A stretch of 64,000 bases of DNA, taken from assembly GCA_965279375.1 (NCBI GenBank), contig OZ257156.1, positions 3,712,001-3,776,000 on the forward strand, read 5' to 3'. Position 1 is the first letter of the stretch, and the number at the start of each line of letters is the position of its first letter. The notes beneath the pieces are model-generated. The model was not told where the DNA came from, ran no database searches, and saw only the letters and a program-made list of their open reading frames with translations. This DNA comes from Gemmatimonas sp. Its GTDB lineage: Bacteria > Gemmatimonadota > Gemmatimonadetes > Gemmatimonadales > Gemmatimonadaceae. The translations under genes and the position numbers were made by a program. Of this stretch, positions 9,426 to 22,251 are shown in pieces.

Positions 9426-10519
9426 GCGTCAAGCACAGTCTGGATCTGACTCTACTGCCGGACGGTGGCGTTCGTTGGCTGGATGCGTCAGGGCCCAACG
9501 CCGACGTCGTGATCTCGACACGCATGCGCTTGGCCAGAAACGTCTCGGGGTACGCGTTCACGGGGCGGGCACGTGACGGAGAACGGCTGCGCATGCTGGC
9601 ACAGGTGCGCGACGCGCTGGGCGCGGTGCCCTCGTTGAACGGCAGCCTGTTGCTGCGGCTGGACGACATGGCGTTGCAGGACCGGCAGTTGCTGCATGAG
9701 CGGCACCTCGTCAGCAAGGAGCTGGCAGGGCTGGACCAGCAGCATCCGCTACGTACCGGTGCCGCGGTCTTTCTTGGCGATGCCGCCGGGCTTCTGGTCA
9801 ACGAAGAGGATCACCTGCGGTTGCAGGTGCTGCGTTCGGGCTTTGCGGTGCCGCAGGCGTTCGAATCGGTGCAGCGGTTGGATCAGGAATTGGGGGCGCA
9901 GGTACCGTACGCGTTTCACCGGGAGTTCGGCTTTTTGACGGCCTGCCCGACGAACACGGGAACGGGGATGCGTGCCTCGGTGCTGATCCATTTGCCGGGG
10001 CTCGTCCTGACGAAGGAGATCGGGAAGGTGCTGGCCGGGCTGCAGCAGATGGGGCTGACCTATCGTGGGCTGTACGGCGAGGGGAGTGAGGTGGTGGGCA
10101 ATTTCTTCCAGCTTTCGAACCAAACCACGTTGGGACGAAGCGAGGAGGAGTTACAGGATTTGCTCGTGCGAGTCGTACGTCATGTGATCGAGCGGGAGGA
10201 GGAGGCTCGACGTGTGCTCGTTCGTGACGCGGGCTATATTATCGAGGACAAGTTGTGGCGGTCGTACGGGACGCTGCGCTATGCGCGCAGCTTGACGTTC
10301 GACGAGGCCATGAACTACCTGAGTGGGGTACGCCTGGCGGTCGGTCTGAAACTGATCACTGGGCTCAGTGTATACACGCTCAACAAGCTCCTGATCTTTG
10401 CACAGTCGGCGCACTTGGCCCACCTCGAGGGGCGTGCGTTGACGGAAGGCGAGGCGAACCTGGCTCGCGCGCGCTACGTGCGTGAAGCGCTGGTGCGCGA
10501 AGGGGGCGGAGTCGAATGA
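9422..10519 (+). CDS. mcsB: Protein arginine kinase McsB
   Basis: [49 protein letters not shown]. Confidence 0.95.
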   Translation: MSVKHSLDLTLLPDGGVRWLDASGPNADVVISTRMRLARNVSGYAFTGRARDGERLRMLAQVRDALGAVPSLNGSLLLRLDDMALQDRQLLHERHLVSKELAGLDQQHPLRTGAAVFLGDAAGLLVNEEDHLRLQVLRSGFAVPQAFESVQRLDQELGAQVPYAFHREFGFLTACPTNTGTGMRASVLIHLPGLVLTKEIGKVLAGLQQMGLTYRGLYGEGSEVVGNFFQLSNQTTLGRSEEELQDLLVRVVRHVIEREEEARRVLVRDAGYIIEDKLWRSYGTLRYARSLTFDEAMNYLSGVRLAVGLKLITGLSVYTLNKLLIFAQSAHLAHLEGRALTEGEANLARARYVREALVREGGGVE

Positions 10520-10547
10520 TCCGCTTCCACCCGACCCTGAGGGGACG

Positions 10548-13061
<2,514 letters not shown>

Positions 13062-13076
13062 CGCTGATCGTTGCCG

Positions 13077-13113
13077 GCGGCCGGACCCTCCGGGGTCCGG
13101 CCGCTTGTCTTTT
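13077..13113 (+). terminator. Intrinsic terminator after clpC
   Basis: GCGGCCGGACCC-TCCG-GGGTCCGGCCGC 12-bp stem followed by TTGTCTTTT. Confidence 0.75.
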
Positions 13114-13132
13114 CGGTATATATTCCTCGGCT

Positions 13133-15586
13133 ATGCAGAAACGCTTTTCCCTCCCTACGGCGGCTTGTGGTGCGCTGATGCTCGCGCTGTTCTCGGCGCC
13201 CGACACGCTTCGGGCGCAGGACATCGCCGGCAAGTGCACCGCACCGGACTCCATTGCCGTTCGCGGCAACAGTCGTGTGGCGGAGTCCAAGATTCGAACT
13301 GAAGCCGATCTGACGGCGGGAACGCCGCTCAACTTTCCCGGCGTACAGCGAGCGATCAAGGCGGTATACGCGCTCAACGAGTTCGATGCCGTCGATGTGG
13401 TGTGCGACCTCGAGAGCGTGAAGGATCGCGCGATCATCGCGGTCGTCGTGACGGAGCGTGCGATCCTTGGCGACATCAAGGTCATCGGGCCCAAGGCGGT
13501 GTCCGAGCGCTCGGTGAAGGACAAGATCGATTTGCTGATCGGTCGGCCGATCGATCCGATGGTCGAGGCGCGTGCGCGCGCCCGCATCGACTCGGTGTAC
13601 GAGGCCGCTGGCTATTACCTCGCGCGGGTGACCATCGACTCGACGCCGATGTCGGAAGGTCGCATCGGACTCACGTATCGCATTGAGGAGGGGCGCCGTC
13701 TGGCCATCTCCGCCATCGACGTGACCGGCAATACGAAGGTGAAGGAAAGCACGATCGTCGGCGCGATGAAGACCAAGCCCGAAGGATTCTGGTTCTTCCG
13801 CAAGGGTGAGTTCGACGACGACAAGTATGTGGGCGACCTTGGCGAACGCATCCCGGCGCTCTTTTCGCGCTTGGGCTACGTGGACATGCGCATCGCGAAG
13901 GACACGCTGATCGTCAATCGCGAGAAGGGCAAAGGGCTGGTACAGATCGGCATCGAGGAGGGGCCGCGGTACAAGGTGGGCGCCTTCGAGATCGCCGGAA
14001 ATCGCCGCTTCCCGACCGATGAGTTGCGTCGCTACTACCCGTTCGACGGCAACGATCAGGCAACGCTGACGCAGCGCGTGAAGGGGTTGGTCATCCGTGA
14101 GGCGGCCGCGCCCGAAGGGGTGTTCGACCAGAAGAAGTGGGACGATGCCGTGGAGAAGGTGAACGGCGCGTACCGGAATGCCGGCTACCTGTACGCCGAG
14201 ATTCGACCGGTCGTCGAGCGGACGATGGATGCCGATTCGGCGCCGGTGGTCAATCTCCGCTGGGAGATCAATGAGAAGAATCCGGCGATCATCAATCGCA
14301 TCGAGATCCTCGGCAACGACTACACCTCGGATGACTGCATCCGACGCCAGATCTTCCTGGCGCCGGGCGGCGTGTTCAATCAGGAGGTGCTGGTTCGCAG
14401 CTACCAGAGCATCGGCAATCTGAATTTCTTCGAAGCGCCGATGCCGTTCCCGGACTACCGTCCCATCAACGATCAGGGAGACGTGGACATCGTCTTCCGC
14501 GTGAAGGAGAAGCGGACCGGTAGCATCAACTTCGGCGCGTCGATGGGGCAGGGCGGCGTAGGCTTTGGCGGCTTCATCGGCCTCGAGCAGCCCAACCTGT
14601 TCGGCAAGTGCAAGAAGGGGCAGCTCAACTGGCAGTACGGCCGCTTCTACAACGACTTCACGGCCACCTACTCCGATCCCGCACTGCGCGGGACGCGGAC
14701 GTCTGGCGCGCTGAGCGCCTACCGCACGCAGTCGCGTTTCGTGGTCGGCAACCTCGGCCAGAACATCCGCACCGGTGCGCAGGTGCGCCTCGGCTTCCCG
14801 GTGCCGTGGTCGCTGATGTCCACGTTTGCTGTGTCATACAACGGTGAGTCGGCGACGTTTACGCAGGGCACCATCCAGAACGGCTGTACAAAGAACTGTC
14901 TCCGGTCGAACATCGGCCTGGAATACAGCTACGACACGCGCGCGGACCTCCCGTTCGCGACCTCCGGCTCGTTGCGGTCGATCACGACCGATTTCAGCGG
15001 CGGCCCGCTGGGCGGGACGGTCAATTTCCAGCGTGTCACGGGTGAAATGCGGGCCTATGCGCCGCTCGGTCAGATCGGGGGATCGAACCCCGGATCGCAG
15101 CCACTCAAGTTCGTCATGGGCATGACGGCGCGCGCCGGTGCCTTGTTCGGCAACTCCGGACCGTTTTTCTTCCAGCAGCAGTTTGCGGTGGGCGGTGTGA
15201 TGTTCGGGCAGGCGATTCGTGGCTATCCCGAGTTCTCCATTACGCCGCAGGGGTTCAACCCGACCACCGACCAGTACCGGTCGGACCCGGCGTCGTTCGG
15301 CAATGCCTTCATGACGATTACGGGCGAGCTGGGCCTGCGGGTGAATCAGATGTTTTACCTGAACGTTTTCACGGATGCCGGCAACAACTGGCAGTCCGCC
15401 CGCCAGATAAATCCAACCCGCCTCTTCCGTTCGGCTGGCGTTGGAGTATCTACCGTGACGCCGTTGGGTCCGCTCGGACTCGATCTGGCGTATGGCTTCG
15501 ACCGTACGGCGGTCGATGTCACCACACTTCGATCGCGCCCGGACCCGAAGTGGCAGTTCCATTTCCGACTCGGTCAGCTCTTCTAG
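13133..15586 (+). CDS. bamA: Outer membrane protein assembly factor BamA
   Basis: Signal peptide, POTRA repeats, IRGY motif, TPLGPLGLDLAYG, C-terminal Phe. Confidence 0.95.
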   Translation: MQKRFSLPTAACGALMLALFSAPDTLRAQDIAGKCTAPDSIAVRGNSRVAESKIRTEADLTAGTPLNFPGVQRAIKAVYALNEFDAVDVVCDLESVKDRAIIAVVVTERAILGDIKVIGPKAVSERSVKDKIDLLIGRPIDPMVEARARARIDSVYEAAGYYLARVTIDSTPMSEGRIGLTYRIEEGRRLAISAIDVTGNTKVKESTIVGAMKTKPEGFWFFRKGEFDDDKYVGDLGERIPALFSRLGYVDMRIAKDTLIVNREKGKGLVQIGIEEGPRYKVGAFEIAGNRRFPTDELRRYYPFDGNDQATLTQRVKGLVIREAAAPEGVFDQKKWDDAVEKVNGAYRNAGYLYAEIRPVVERTMDADSAPVVNLRWEINEKNPAIINRIEILGNDYTSDDCIRRQIFLAPGGVFNQEVLVRSYQSIGNLNFFEAPMPFPDYRPINDQGDVDIVFRVKEKRTGSINFGASMGQGGVGFGGFIGLEQPNLFGKCKKGQLNWQYGRFYNDFTATYSDPALRGTRTSGALSAYRTQSRFVVGNLGQNIRTGAQVRLGFPVPWSLMSTFAVSYNGESATFTQGTIQNGCTKNCLRSNIGLEYSYDTRADLPFATSGSLRSITTDFSGGPLGGTVNFQRVTGEMRAYAPLGQIGGSNPGSQPLKFVMGMTARAGALFGNSGPFFFQQQFAVGGVMFGQAIRGYPEFSITPQGFNPTTDQYRSDPASFGNAFMTITGELGLRVNQMFYLNVFTDAGNNWQSARQINPTRLFRSAGVGVSTVTPLGPLGLDLAYGFDRTAVDVTTLRSRPDPKWQFHFRLGQLF

Positions 15587-15596
15587 GGGATTTCAG

Positions 15597-16202
15597 ATGC
15601 GTCTTTCCACGTTCGTTGGCGCCTGCGCGCTTGCTCTCGGTGTTCCTGCGCTCGCCTCTGCGCAGGTCGCTCAGAAGTTTGCGTTCATCAACTCGCAGGC
15701 CATCATGCAGTCCGCGCCGGGTCGTGGCGAAGCCGAGCTGCAGTTCCAGAAGGAGATGGAAGGGTTCCGCGGTCAGGTGCAGAAGCTTGGCGACTCGCTG
15801 AACGTCATTCAGGAAGCGTACAAGAAGGAAGAGGCGACGCTTTCTGCGACGGCCAAGGAAACGAAGCTGAAGACGTTGCGCGACAAGGAGACGGAGTATC
15901 AGGAACGTGTCCAGAAGCTCAACGATCAGGCGCAGGCGCGCGAAGCGGAGCTGATGCAGCCGATCCTCGACAACGTGCGCAAGGTGCTCGACGATCTGCG
16001 CGCTGAGGGCGGTTACTCGTTCATTTTCGATGTGTCCGCGGGTGCGTTCATCGTCTCCGCTGACAAGAACCTCGACATCACCGACCGCGTGCTGGCGAAG
16101 CTGAAGTTGATGGCCCCGCGCGCCGGGACCGCGGCGCCCAAGGCTTCCGGCCCCGCGTCGGCCCCGGCCGGTGTGACGACGAAGAAGCCGCCCACGCGGT
16201 GA
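15597..16202 (+). CDS. skp: Periplasmic chaperone Skp/OmpH
   Basis: Signal peptide, KFAFINSQAI, coiled coil, DITDRVL; lies between bamA and lpxD. Confidence 0.92.
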   Translation: MRLSTFVGACALALGVPALASAQVAQKFAFINSQAIMQSAPGRGEAELQFQKEMEGFRGQVQKLGDSLNVIQEAYKKEEATLSATAKETKLKTLRDKETEYQERVQKLNDQAQAREAELMQPILDNVRKVLDDLRAEGGYSFIFDVSAGAFIVSADKNLDITDRVLAKLKLMAPRAGTAAPKASGPASAPAGVTTKKPPTR

Positions 16203-17269
16203 GCGTCGGGCCGGATCGGCCACGAGTAGACGGCGGTGATGAGCGCAGGCTCATCACCGCCGCTGCCGTTGCGGAACAGGTGGGTGGGGAACTCATCGGC
16301 GACGGGGCGGTCGAGATTCGTGGAATCGCACCGCTCGACCGAGCCAAGCCAAACGAGTTGAGCCTGCTGGCGCATGCGCGCTATGCCGGTTGGTACTCGA
16401 CCACGCGCGCCGGCGTGGTGCTGATCTCGCCCGAGCTGGCGGAGATGCCGGGTTCGCCCACGGCCCGCATCATCGTGGCGAAGCCGGCGGATGCGATTCA
16501 GGCGGTGCTCCGACACTTTCATCGCGGCGAGCGCCGGCCGAGTGGCATTCACCCGACGGCGATCGTCGCGGAGAGCGCGCGGCTTGGTGCAGACGTCACC
16601 ATCGAGGCGTACGCGATCATCGGTGAGGACGTGGTGCTTGGCGACCGGTGTTGGATCGGTCCGCACGCGGTGGTTGGCGACGGGAGCATCCTGGGCGCCG
16701 ACGTGCGCCTCTATGCGCAGGCGACCGTCTACCAGTTCGCAGAGCTGGGGGATCGGGTCGTGCTGCACTCAGGCGCTCGGGTCGGGCGCGAGGGCTTCGG
16801 CTTCCGGCCATCCGCCACAGGTCCTGTGCGCATTCCGCACGTGGGACGCTGCGTGCTGGAGCACGATGTGGAGGTTGGCGCGAACAGTTGTGTGGATCGT
16901 GGCAGTATCGACGACACCATCATCGGCGCCTTCACGAAGCTCGACAGTCTGGTGCATATCGCCCACAACGTGCGTGTGGGGAAGGGCTGCTTCTTCGCGA
17001 TGGGCGTCGGCGTGGCGGGATCGACGCGCATCGGGAATGGTGTGCAGTTCGGCGGCCAGTCCGGCGTGGGCAATCACATCAACATCGGTGACGGCGCGAC
17101 GGTCGCTGCGCGCGCCGGTGTGATCAGCGACGTCCCGGGCAAGCAAACCGTCTCTGGATTTCCGGCGCGACCGCATCGCGAGCAGCTACGCACGTGGGCG
17201 GCATTGGCGCGCGTCACCGACTTGGTGAAGCCGCTCGAGCGCCTGCTGGAACGCTCGGAGGCGCCGTGA
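16199..17269 (+). CDS. lpxD: UDP-3-O-acylglucosamine N-acyltransferase
   Basis: Hexapeptide repeats, GREGFGF, VDRGSIDDT, HIAHNV. Confidence 0.95.
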   Translation: MSVGPDRPRVDGGDERRLITAAAVAEQVGGELIGDGAVEIRGIAPLDRAKPNELSLLAHARYAGWYSTTRAGVVLISPELAEMPGSPTARIIVAKPADAIQAVLRHFHRGERRPSGIHPTAIVAESARLGADVTIEAYAIIGEDVVLGDRCWIGPHAVVGDGSILGADVRLYAQATVYQFAELGDRVVLHSGARVGREGFGFRPSATGPVRIPHVGRCVLEHDVEVGANSCVDRGSIDDTIIGAFTKLDSLVHIAHNVRVGKGCFFAMGVGVAGSTRIGNGVQFGGQSGVGNHINIGDGATVAARAGVISDVPGKQTVSGFPARPHREQLRTWAALARVTDLVKPLERLLERSEAP

Positions 17270-18588
17270 TCAAGGTGGCAGAGCGCGTTCCGGGGAGCAG
17301 TTCGATGTCGTCGCTGAGCGGCGCGCGTCGAACCATCGGCGGCGAGGCGACCATCGAGGGGATCGGACTGCATCTGGGGCAGCCGTGTCGCCTGGTGTTT
17401 CGGCCGGCCGCGACTGGCACCGGTATCGTGTTCCGTCGCAGCGACCAGCCGGACTCGGCGCCGATTCCCGCGCGGGTCGATGTGGCCGTGAGCGCGGAGC
17501 GTCGGACGCAGCTGGGGAAGGGCGAGCATGCGTTGCACACCGTGGAGCATGTGTTGGCGGCGGTGGGCGCGTTGCAGATCGACGATCTCGAGATTCTGAT
17601 GGACGGGCCCGAGCCGCCGATCATGGATGGCAGCGCGGAGCCGTTTCTGTCGGCATTGCTCGCTGCGGGTCTCGTCGCGAACGGGGGGCGGCCGGAGTGG
17701 CTGGTGCTGCGCAAATCCATTCGCGTGGTGGACGGCGACTCGGTGTACGAGGCGCACCCGTGCAGCCGGCTCGAGGTGGACGTCACGATCGACTTCCCGC
17801 ATCCGCTGATTGGTGTGCAAAGCGGACGCTACACGGTCTCGGCAGAGTCCTTCCGTACCGAGCTCGCGGCTGCGCGCACTTTTGGCTTCATGCACGAGGT
17901 GGAAGGGCTGCGCGCGAAGGGATTGATTCAGGGGGCATCCACGCAGAACGCCGTCGTGCTGGATGCGTCGGGGGTCGTCGAAAACAGCTTGCGGTGGCCT
18001 GACGAATTCGTGCGCCACAAGGCGCTGGATTGTGTCGGCGATCTTGTTCTTGCTGGTGCGCGCGTGCGCGCCCGCATCGTTGCTCATAAACCGAGTCACC
18101 GAGGCACGGTCGCGTTGGTTCGTGCGCTCGTGCAACACGCCGTCCGGGAGCCGTCCGTGTATACCGTCGAAGACATCATGCAGGTGTTGCCGCACCGATA
18201 TCCGTTTCTGCTCGTCGATCGTATTCTCGAGATCGAGGAAGGGAAGCGTATTGTCGGGCTGAAGAACGTGACGATCAACGAACCGTTCTTTCAGGGGCAC
18301 TTCCCCGGACATCCGATCATGCCGGGGGTGTTGATCATCGAATCGATGGCGCAGGTTGGCGGGATGCTGCTGATGCGCACGATCGACGATCCGACGAGCA
18401 AGGTGGTGTACTTCATGTCGCTCGACAACATCAAGTTCCGCCGTCCGGTACGCCCTGGCGACCAGCTGCGCCTCGAGCTCGAAGTCGTGCAGCTGCGTGG
18501 CGCGACCTGTCGCATGCGCGGCGTGGCCACCGTGGATGGGCAGGTGGCGACGGAAGCCGAAATGGCGGCGATGATTCGCGACCGATGA
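17266..18588 (+). CDS. lpxC: Bifunctional LpxC deacetylase / FabZ dehydratase
   Basis: TVEHVLAA and EFVRHKALD (LpxC) in frame with LPHRYPFLLVD and GHFPGHPIMPGVL (FabZ); start 17266 (GTG) or 17305 (ATG). Confidence 0.95.
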   Translation: MIKVAERVPGSSSMSSLSGARRTIGGEATIEGIGLHLGQPCRLVFRPAATGTGIVFRRSDQPDSAPIPARVDVAVSAERRTQLGKGEHALHTVEHVLAAVGALQIDDLEILMDGPEPPIMDGSAEPFLSALLAAGLVANGGRPEWLVLRKSIRVVDGDSVYEAHPCSRLEVDVTIDFPHPLIGVQSGRYTVSAESFRTELAAARTFGFMHEVEGLRAKGLIQGASTQNAVVLDASGVVENSLRWPDEFVRHKALDCVGDLVLAGARVRARIVAHKPSHRGTVALVRALVQHAVREPSVYTVEDIMQVLPHRYPFLLVDRILEIEEGKRIVGLKNVTINEPFFQGHFPGHPIMPGVLIIESMAQVGGMLLMRTIDDPTSKVVYFMSLDNIKFRRPVRPGDQLRLELEVVQLRGATCRMRGVATVDGQVATEAEMAAMIRDR

Positions 18589-19361
18589 CCGCACGCATTC
18601 ATCCCTCCGCGATCGTTGATGCGACGGCCGTCCTGGGCGAAGGCGTCGAAGTCGGTCCCTGGGCCATCATCGGTCCGCAGTGCACACTTGGCGACGGCAC
18701 CACGGTCGCGGCGCGCGCGACGCTTGAACGCAACGTGCGGTTAGGTAGTCGCGTGAGTATCGGCATCGGCGCGGTGCTGGGCGGCGACCCGCAGGATCTC
18801 AAGTACCGTGGCGAAGAGACGTGGGTGGACATCGGCGACGACACGTCGGTGCGCGAGTACTCGACGATCAATCGCGGCACGGCGCACTCGCTGACGACGC
18901 GAGTCGGCAAGGGGTGCTTCATCATGAGTTATGTGCATCTGGCGCATGACTGCCATCTGGGCGACAACATCATCATCTCCAACGGCACGCAGCTCGCCGG
19001 CCATGTGACCATCGAGGACAGGGTCACGATCTCCGGCCTGTGCGCCGTGCACCAGTTCGCGCGTATCGGTCGGCATGCATTCATCGGCGGCTGCTCGCGG
19101 GTGCCACAGGATGTGCCGCCGTTCGTGCGTGCGGTGGGAAATCCACTGAAGTTGTTCGGTCTCAACTCGGTCGGTTTGCAGCGCAGTGGCTTCGACGAGG
19201 CCGTGCTCAAGGAGCTCAAGAAGGCGTATCGCTTGTGCTTCCGTTCCGATCTTCCGTTGTCGAAGGGCGTGGAGCGGGCGCGCGAAGAGTTGGAGCTGAT
19301 TCCGGACGTCGAGCACTTTCTCGAGTTCATCGAAGCGAGCCAGCGGGGAGTCGGATTCTGA
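18585..19361 (+). CDS. lpxA: UDP-N-acetylglucosamine acyltransferase
   Basis: IHPSAIVD, PQDLKY, HLAHDC, LAGHV, VHQF. Confidence 0.96.
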   Translation: MTARIHPSAIVDATAVLGEGVEVGPWAIIGPQCTLGDGTTVAARATLERNVRLGSRVSIGIGAVLGGDPQDLKYRGEETWVDIGDDTSVREYSTINRGTAHSLTTRVGKGCFIMSYVHLAHDCHLGDNIIISNGTQLAGHVTIEDRVTISGLCAVHQFARIGRHAFIGGCSRVPQDVPPFVRAVGNPLKLFGLNSVGLQRSGFDEAVLKELKKAYRLCFRSDLPLSKGVERAREELELIPDVEHFLEFIEASQRGVGF

Positions 19362-20392
19362 GCCAGCCAGCGGGGGCACAGGCGTTCTCTCGGGGCGGCG
19401 CGCCTCGAATTGGAGTGGTGGGTGCGGGCGGCCTTGGCGTGCACCATGTGCGCATCCTTCGCGATCTGGCGGGCGATCGATTCTCGGGGTTTGTAGACGA
19501 GAATCCCGCTCGCGCGCGCGAGGTTGCCGAAACGCACGGCGTTCGCGCGTATCCGTCGCTCGACGCCCTGCTGGACGACGTGGACGCGATCTCGATCGTC
19601 GTGCCGACGACGGCGCATCACGCGGTGGCCACGCAGGCGCTCGAGCGGGGCAAGCACCTCTTCGTCGAGAAGCCGTTCACCGTAACGCTCGAGGAGGCAG
19701 ACGACTTGCTCGCGCGTTCACGCGCGGCCGGCGTGGTGCTGCAGGTTGGGCATGTCGAACGCTTCAATCGTGCAGTACGTGCGGCGATGCCGTACGTGGA
19801 CGAGCCACGGTTCATCGAGAGCGATCGGTTGGCGCCGTTCAACCCGCGCGGTTCGGATGTGGCGGTCGTACTCGATCTGATGATCCACGACCTCGATCTG
19901 GTGCACACGCTGGTGGGAACGCGTGTGGTGGACGTGCAGGCGATGGGGATGCCGGTGCTCACGCCGCAGATCGACATCGCGAACGCACGACTCACCTTCG
20001 CCAATGGCGCTGTCGCCAACATCACGGCGAGTCGCGTGTCGCGCGAGCGCTTGCGCAAGCTCCGCATCTTCCAGCGCAACGGCTATGTGTCGCTCGACCT
20101 TGCCGCTGGTACGGGAGAGTTCTTCCGGTTGCGTGGAGATTTCGATCCGCTGCAGTTGGCGCAGGCACCGCGTGCGCTCGCCGATTTCGTGGAGTTGATT
20201 CCGCTCAGCGCGCCCGAAGGTGAGCCGCTCGCTTTGGAGCTGGCGCAGTTTCTCGGTGCCATCGCTGGGCGAAACAAGGTGGCCGTCACGGGCGAGGAAG
20301 GACGCGAAGCACTCGAGGCGGCGCTGCGCATCGTGACCGCAATCGAACAGGCGCGTGCGCTGATGACGACTGGTGGTCGCGTCGGTGCGTGA
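19358..20392 (+). CDS. Gfo/Idh/MocA oxidoreductase, GnnA-like (start uncertain)
   Basis: IGVVGAGGLG, VEKP, QVGHVERFN, DLMIHDLD; lies between lpxA and lpxB. Confidence 0.85.
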   Translation: MSQPAGAQAFSRGGAPRIGVVGAGGLGVHHVRILRDLAGDRFSGFVDENPARAREVAETHGVRAYPSLDALLDDVDAISIVVPTTAHHAVATQALERGKHLFVEKPFTVTLEEADDLLARSRAAGVVLQVGHVERFNRAVRAAMPYVDEPRFIESDRLAPFNPRGSDVAVVLDLMIHDLDLVHTLVGTRVVDVQAMGMPVLTPQIDIANARLTFANGAVANITASRVSRERLRKLRIFQRNGYVSLDLAAGTGEFFRLRGDFDPLQLAQAPRALADFVELIPLSAPEGEPLALELAQFLGAIAGRNKVAVTGEEGREALEAALRIVTAIEQARALMTTGGRVGA

Positions 20393-21497
20393 GATTCTCT
20401 TTGTCGTCGGAGAGGCCTCCGGCGACCTGCACGCGGGCAAGGTGGCCGAAGAGATCGCTCGTCGCCGTCCTGATGTGCCGATGGTCGGTATTGGCGGTGG
20501 ACACATGCGCCGTGCGGGCGTGACGATCCTCGAGGATGTCGAGAAGCTCGCCGTGATGGGGTTCGTGGAAGTGCTCGCGCACATTCCCAAGCATTGGTCG
20601 CTGTTGCGCATGCTGCGCGCGCGCATCGCGAGTGGGAGTGTCGGGCTCGTCGTGCTGCTCGACTATCCGGGATTCAATCTCAAGGTGGCTGAAGTCGCGC
20701 GTGCGGCGGGCATCCCGGTGCTGTACTACATCACGCCGCAGGTGTGGGCGTGGGGCGCGGATCGACTGCCGAAGCTCGCGCGCCTCGTCACGAAGGCCGC
20801 GTCGATTCTGCCGTTTGAAGAGGCGCTGCTGCGCTCGCACGGTATCGACGCGACGTTCGTTGGCCATCCGCTGCTCGATCGTGCGCAGAACCTGCCGTCA
20901 CAAGCAGAGGCGCGCGTGCGCCTTGGGCTTCCCGCCGATGGCGAAGTGTTGGCGATGTTTCCCGGCAGTCGTCGTGCAGAGATTCAACGTCATCTCGTGC
21001 CGTTCGTCGCTGCTGCGCAGGAACTCGTGCGGCGTCGTCCTTCGCTGCGTGTGATAGTGAACGTTGCGCCGACGGTGCAGATCTCCGCGGAGGTGTGCCC
21101 GTTTCCGCTGGTGCATGGCAACTCGTTCGACGTGTTGCGAGCCGCGACGGCCGGTATGCTCAAGAGCGGTACCACGACGCTCGAAGCGGCGGTGGCTGGG
21201 CTGCCGCACATCGTGGGATATCGCACGAGCCCCATCACGTATCGCATCGCGCGTCGCGTGGTCAAGATTCCGCATATCGGACTGGTGAACGTCGTCGCCG
21301 GCCGAGAGGTCTCACGCGAGTTCGTGCAGGACGCCTTCGTGCCGCTGCAGGTGGCCGATGCCATCGAGCCACTGCTCGATGCGACGAGTGCAGTGCGGCG
21401 CGCGGCAGAAGACGGACTGGCGGACGTGCGGAGCAAGTTGGGAACGCCGGGGGCTGCGGCTCGTGTCGCGGACATGGCGTTGGGCCTGATCGGATGA
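20373..21497 (+). CDS. lpxB: Lipid-A-disaccharide synthase
   Basis: GEASGDLH, DYPGFN, PQVWAW, FVGHPL, PGSR, SGTTTLE. Confidence 0.96.
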   Translation: MVASVREILFVVGEASGDLHAGKVAEEIARRRPDVPMVGIGGGHMRRAGVTILEDVEKLAVMGFVEVLAHIPKHWSLLRMLRARIASGSVGLVVLLDYPGFNLKVAEVARAAGIPVLYYITPQVWAWGADRLPKLARLVTKAASILPFEEALLRSHGIDATFVGHPLLDRAQNLPSQAEARVRLGLPADGEVLAMFPGSRRAEIQRHLVPFVAAAQELVRRRPSLRVIVNVAPTVQISAEVCPFPLVHGNSFDVLRAATAGMLKSGTTTLEAAVAGLPHIVGYRTSPITYRIARRVVKIPHIGLVNVVAGREVSREFVQDAFVPLQVADAIEPLLDATSAVRRAAEDGLADVRSKLGTPGAAARVADMALGLIG

Positions 21498-22234
21498 CAG
21501 CGCCGCGCGAGCGCAACGTGCCCTCGCGGAACGCGCCGATCGACTTCACTTCGGGGCAACCGCTTACTTGGCGTACACGCACCGCCATCCGTCTCGGTGG
21601 TTGGTTGTTGCGCGTGCTGGGCGCGACCTGGCGTACGCGCGTGTATGGTCGCCAGGCGTTACTCGACCGGGGGGTGTCCGACCCGCGCGTGGTGTACACC
21701 CTATGGCACGGTCAGATGCTTCCCATCGTTTGGGTGCATCGTCAAACCACGGCGGTGATGATCAGCGAGCACCGCGACGGTGAGATCATCGCGCGTGTCA
21801 TCGGCGGGTTAGGGTTTTCGGCCGTGCGTGGCTCGACGTCGCGCGGCGGTGCGCGTGCGCTGCTGGAAACGGTGCAGGTGCTCAAGGGCGGTACCGACAT
21901 TGCCATTACGCCCGATGGACCGCGTGGGCCACTGCATTCGTTCGCGCCGGGCGCGCTGCTCCTCGCGTTTCGCGCACAGGCGGATGTCGTGCCGATCGTC
22001 GCGCACGTGGACCGCAAGTGGCAGCTCAAGTCGTGGGATCGTTTCGAGATTCCCAAGCCATTCGCGCGCGTCACGGTGGTGTACGGCACGCCGGTGCGCC
22101 CGATGGCTGATGACGCGCGTGGCGTCGCGGCGCTGACGGACACGTTCGCGGCGCGCATGACGGATGAAGGCGCGCGAGCGGCCGCCATAGCGGCCGGCGA
22201 ATGGTCGGAGCCGCTCACCTCGTCGCTGGTCTAG
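21494..22234 (+). CDS. DUF374 lysophospholipid-acyltransferase family protein (LpxJ-like)
   Basis: WHGQ, SEHRDGE, RGSTSRGG, ITPDGPRGP, SWDRFEIPKPF. Confidence 0.85.
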   Translation: MTAPRERNVPSRNAPIDFTSGQPLTWRTRTAIRLGGWLLRVLGATWRTRVYGRQALLDRGVSDPRVVYTLWHGQMLPIVWVHRQTTAVMISEHRDGEIIARVIGGLGFSAVRGSTSRGGARALLETVQVLKGGTDIAITPDGPRGPLHSFAPGALLLAFRAQADVVPIVAHVDRKWQLKSWDRFEIPKPFARVTVVYGTPVRPMADDARGVAALTDTFAARMTDEGARAAAIAAGEWSEPLTSSLV

Positions 22235-22251
22235 GGCAGAGGAGAAGCCCG

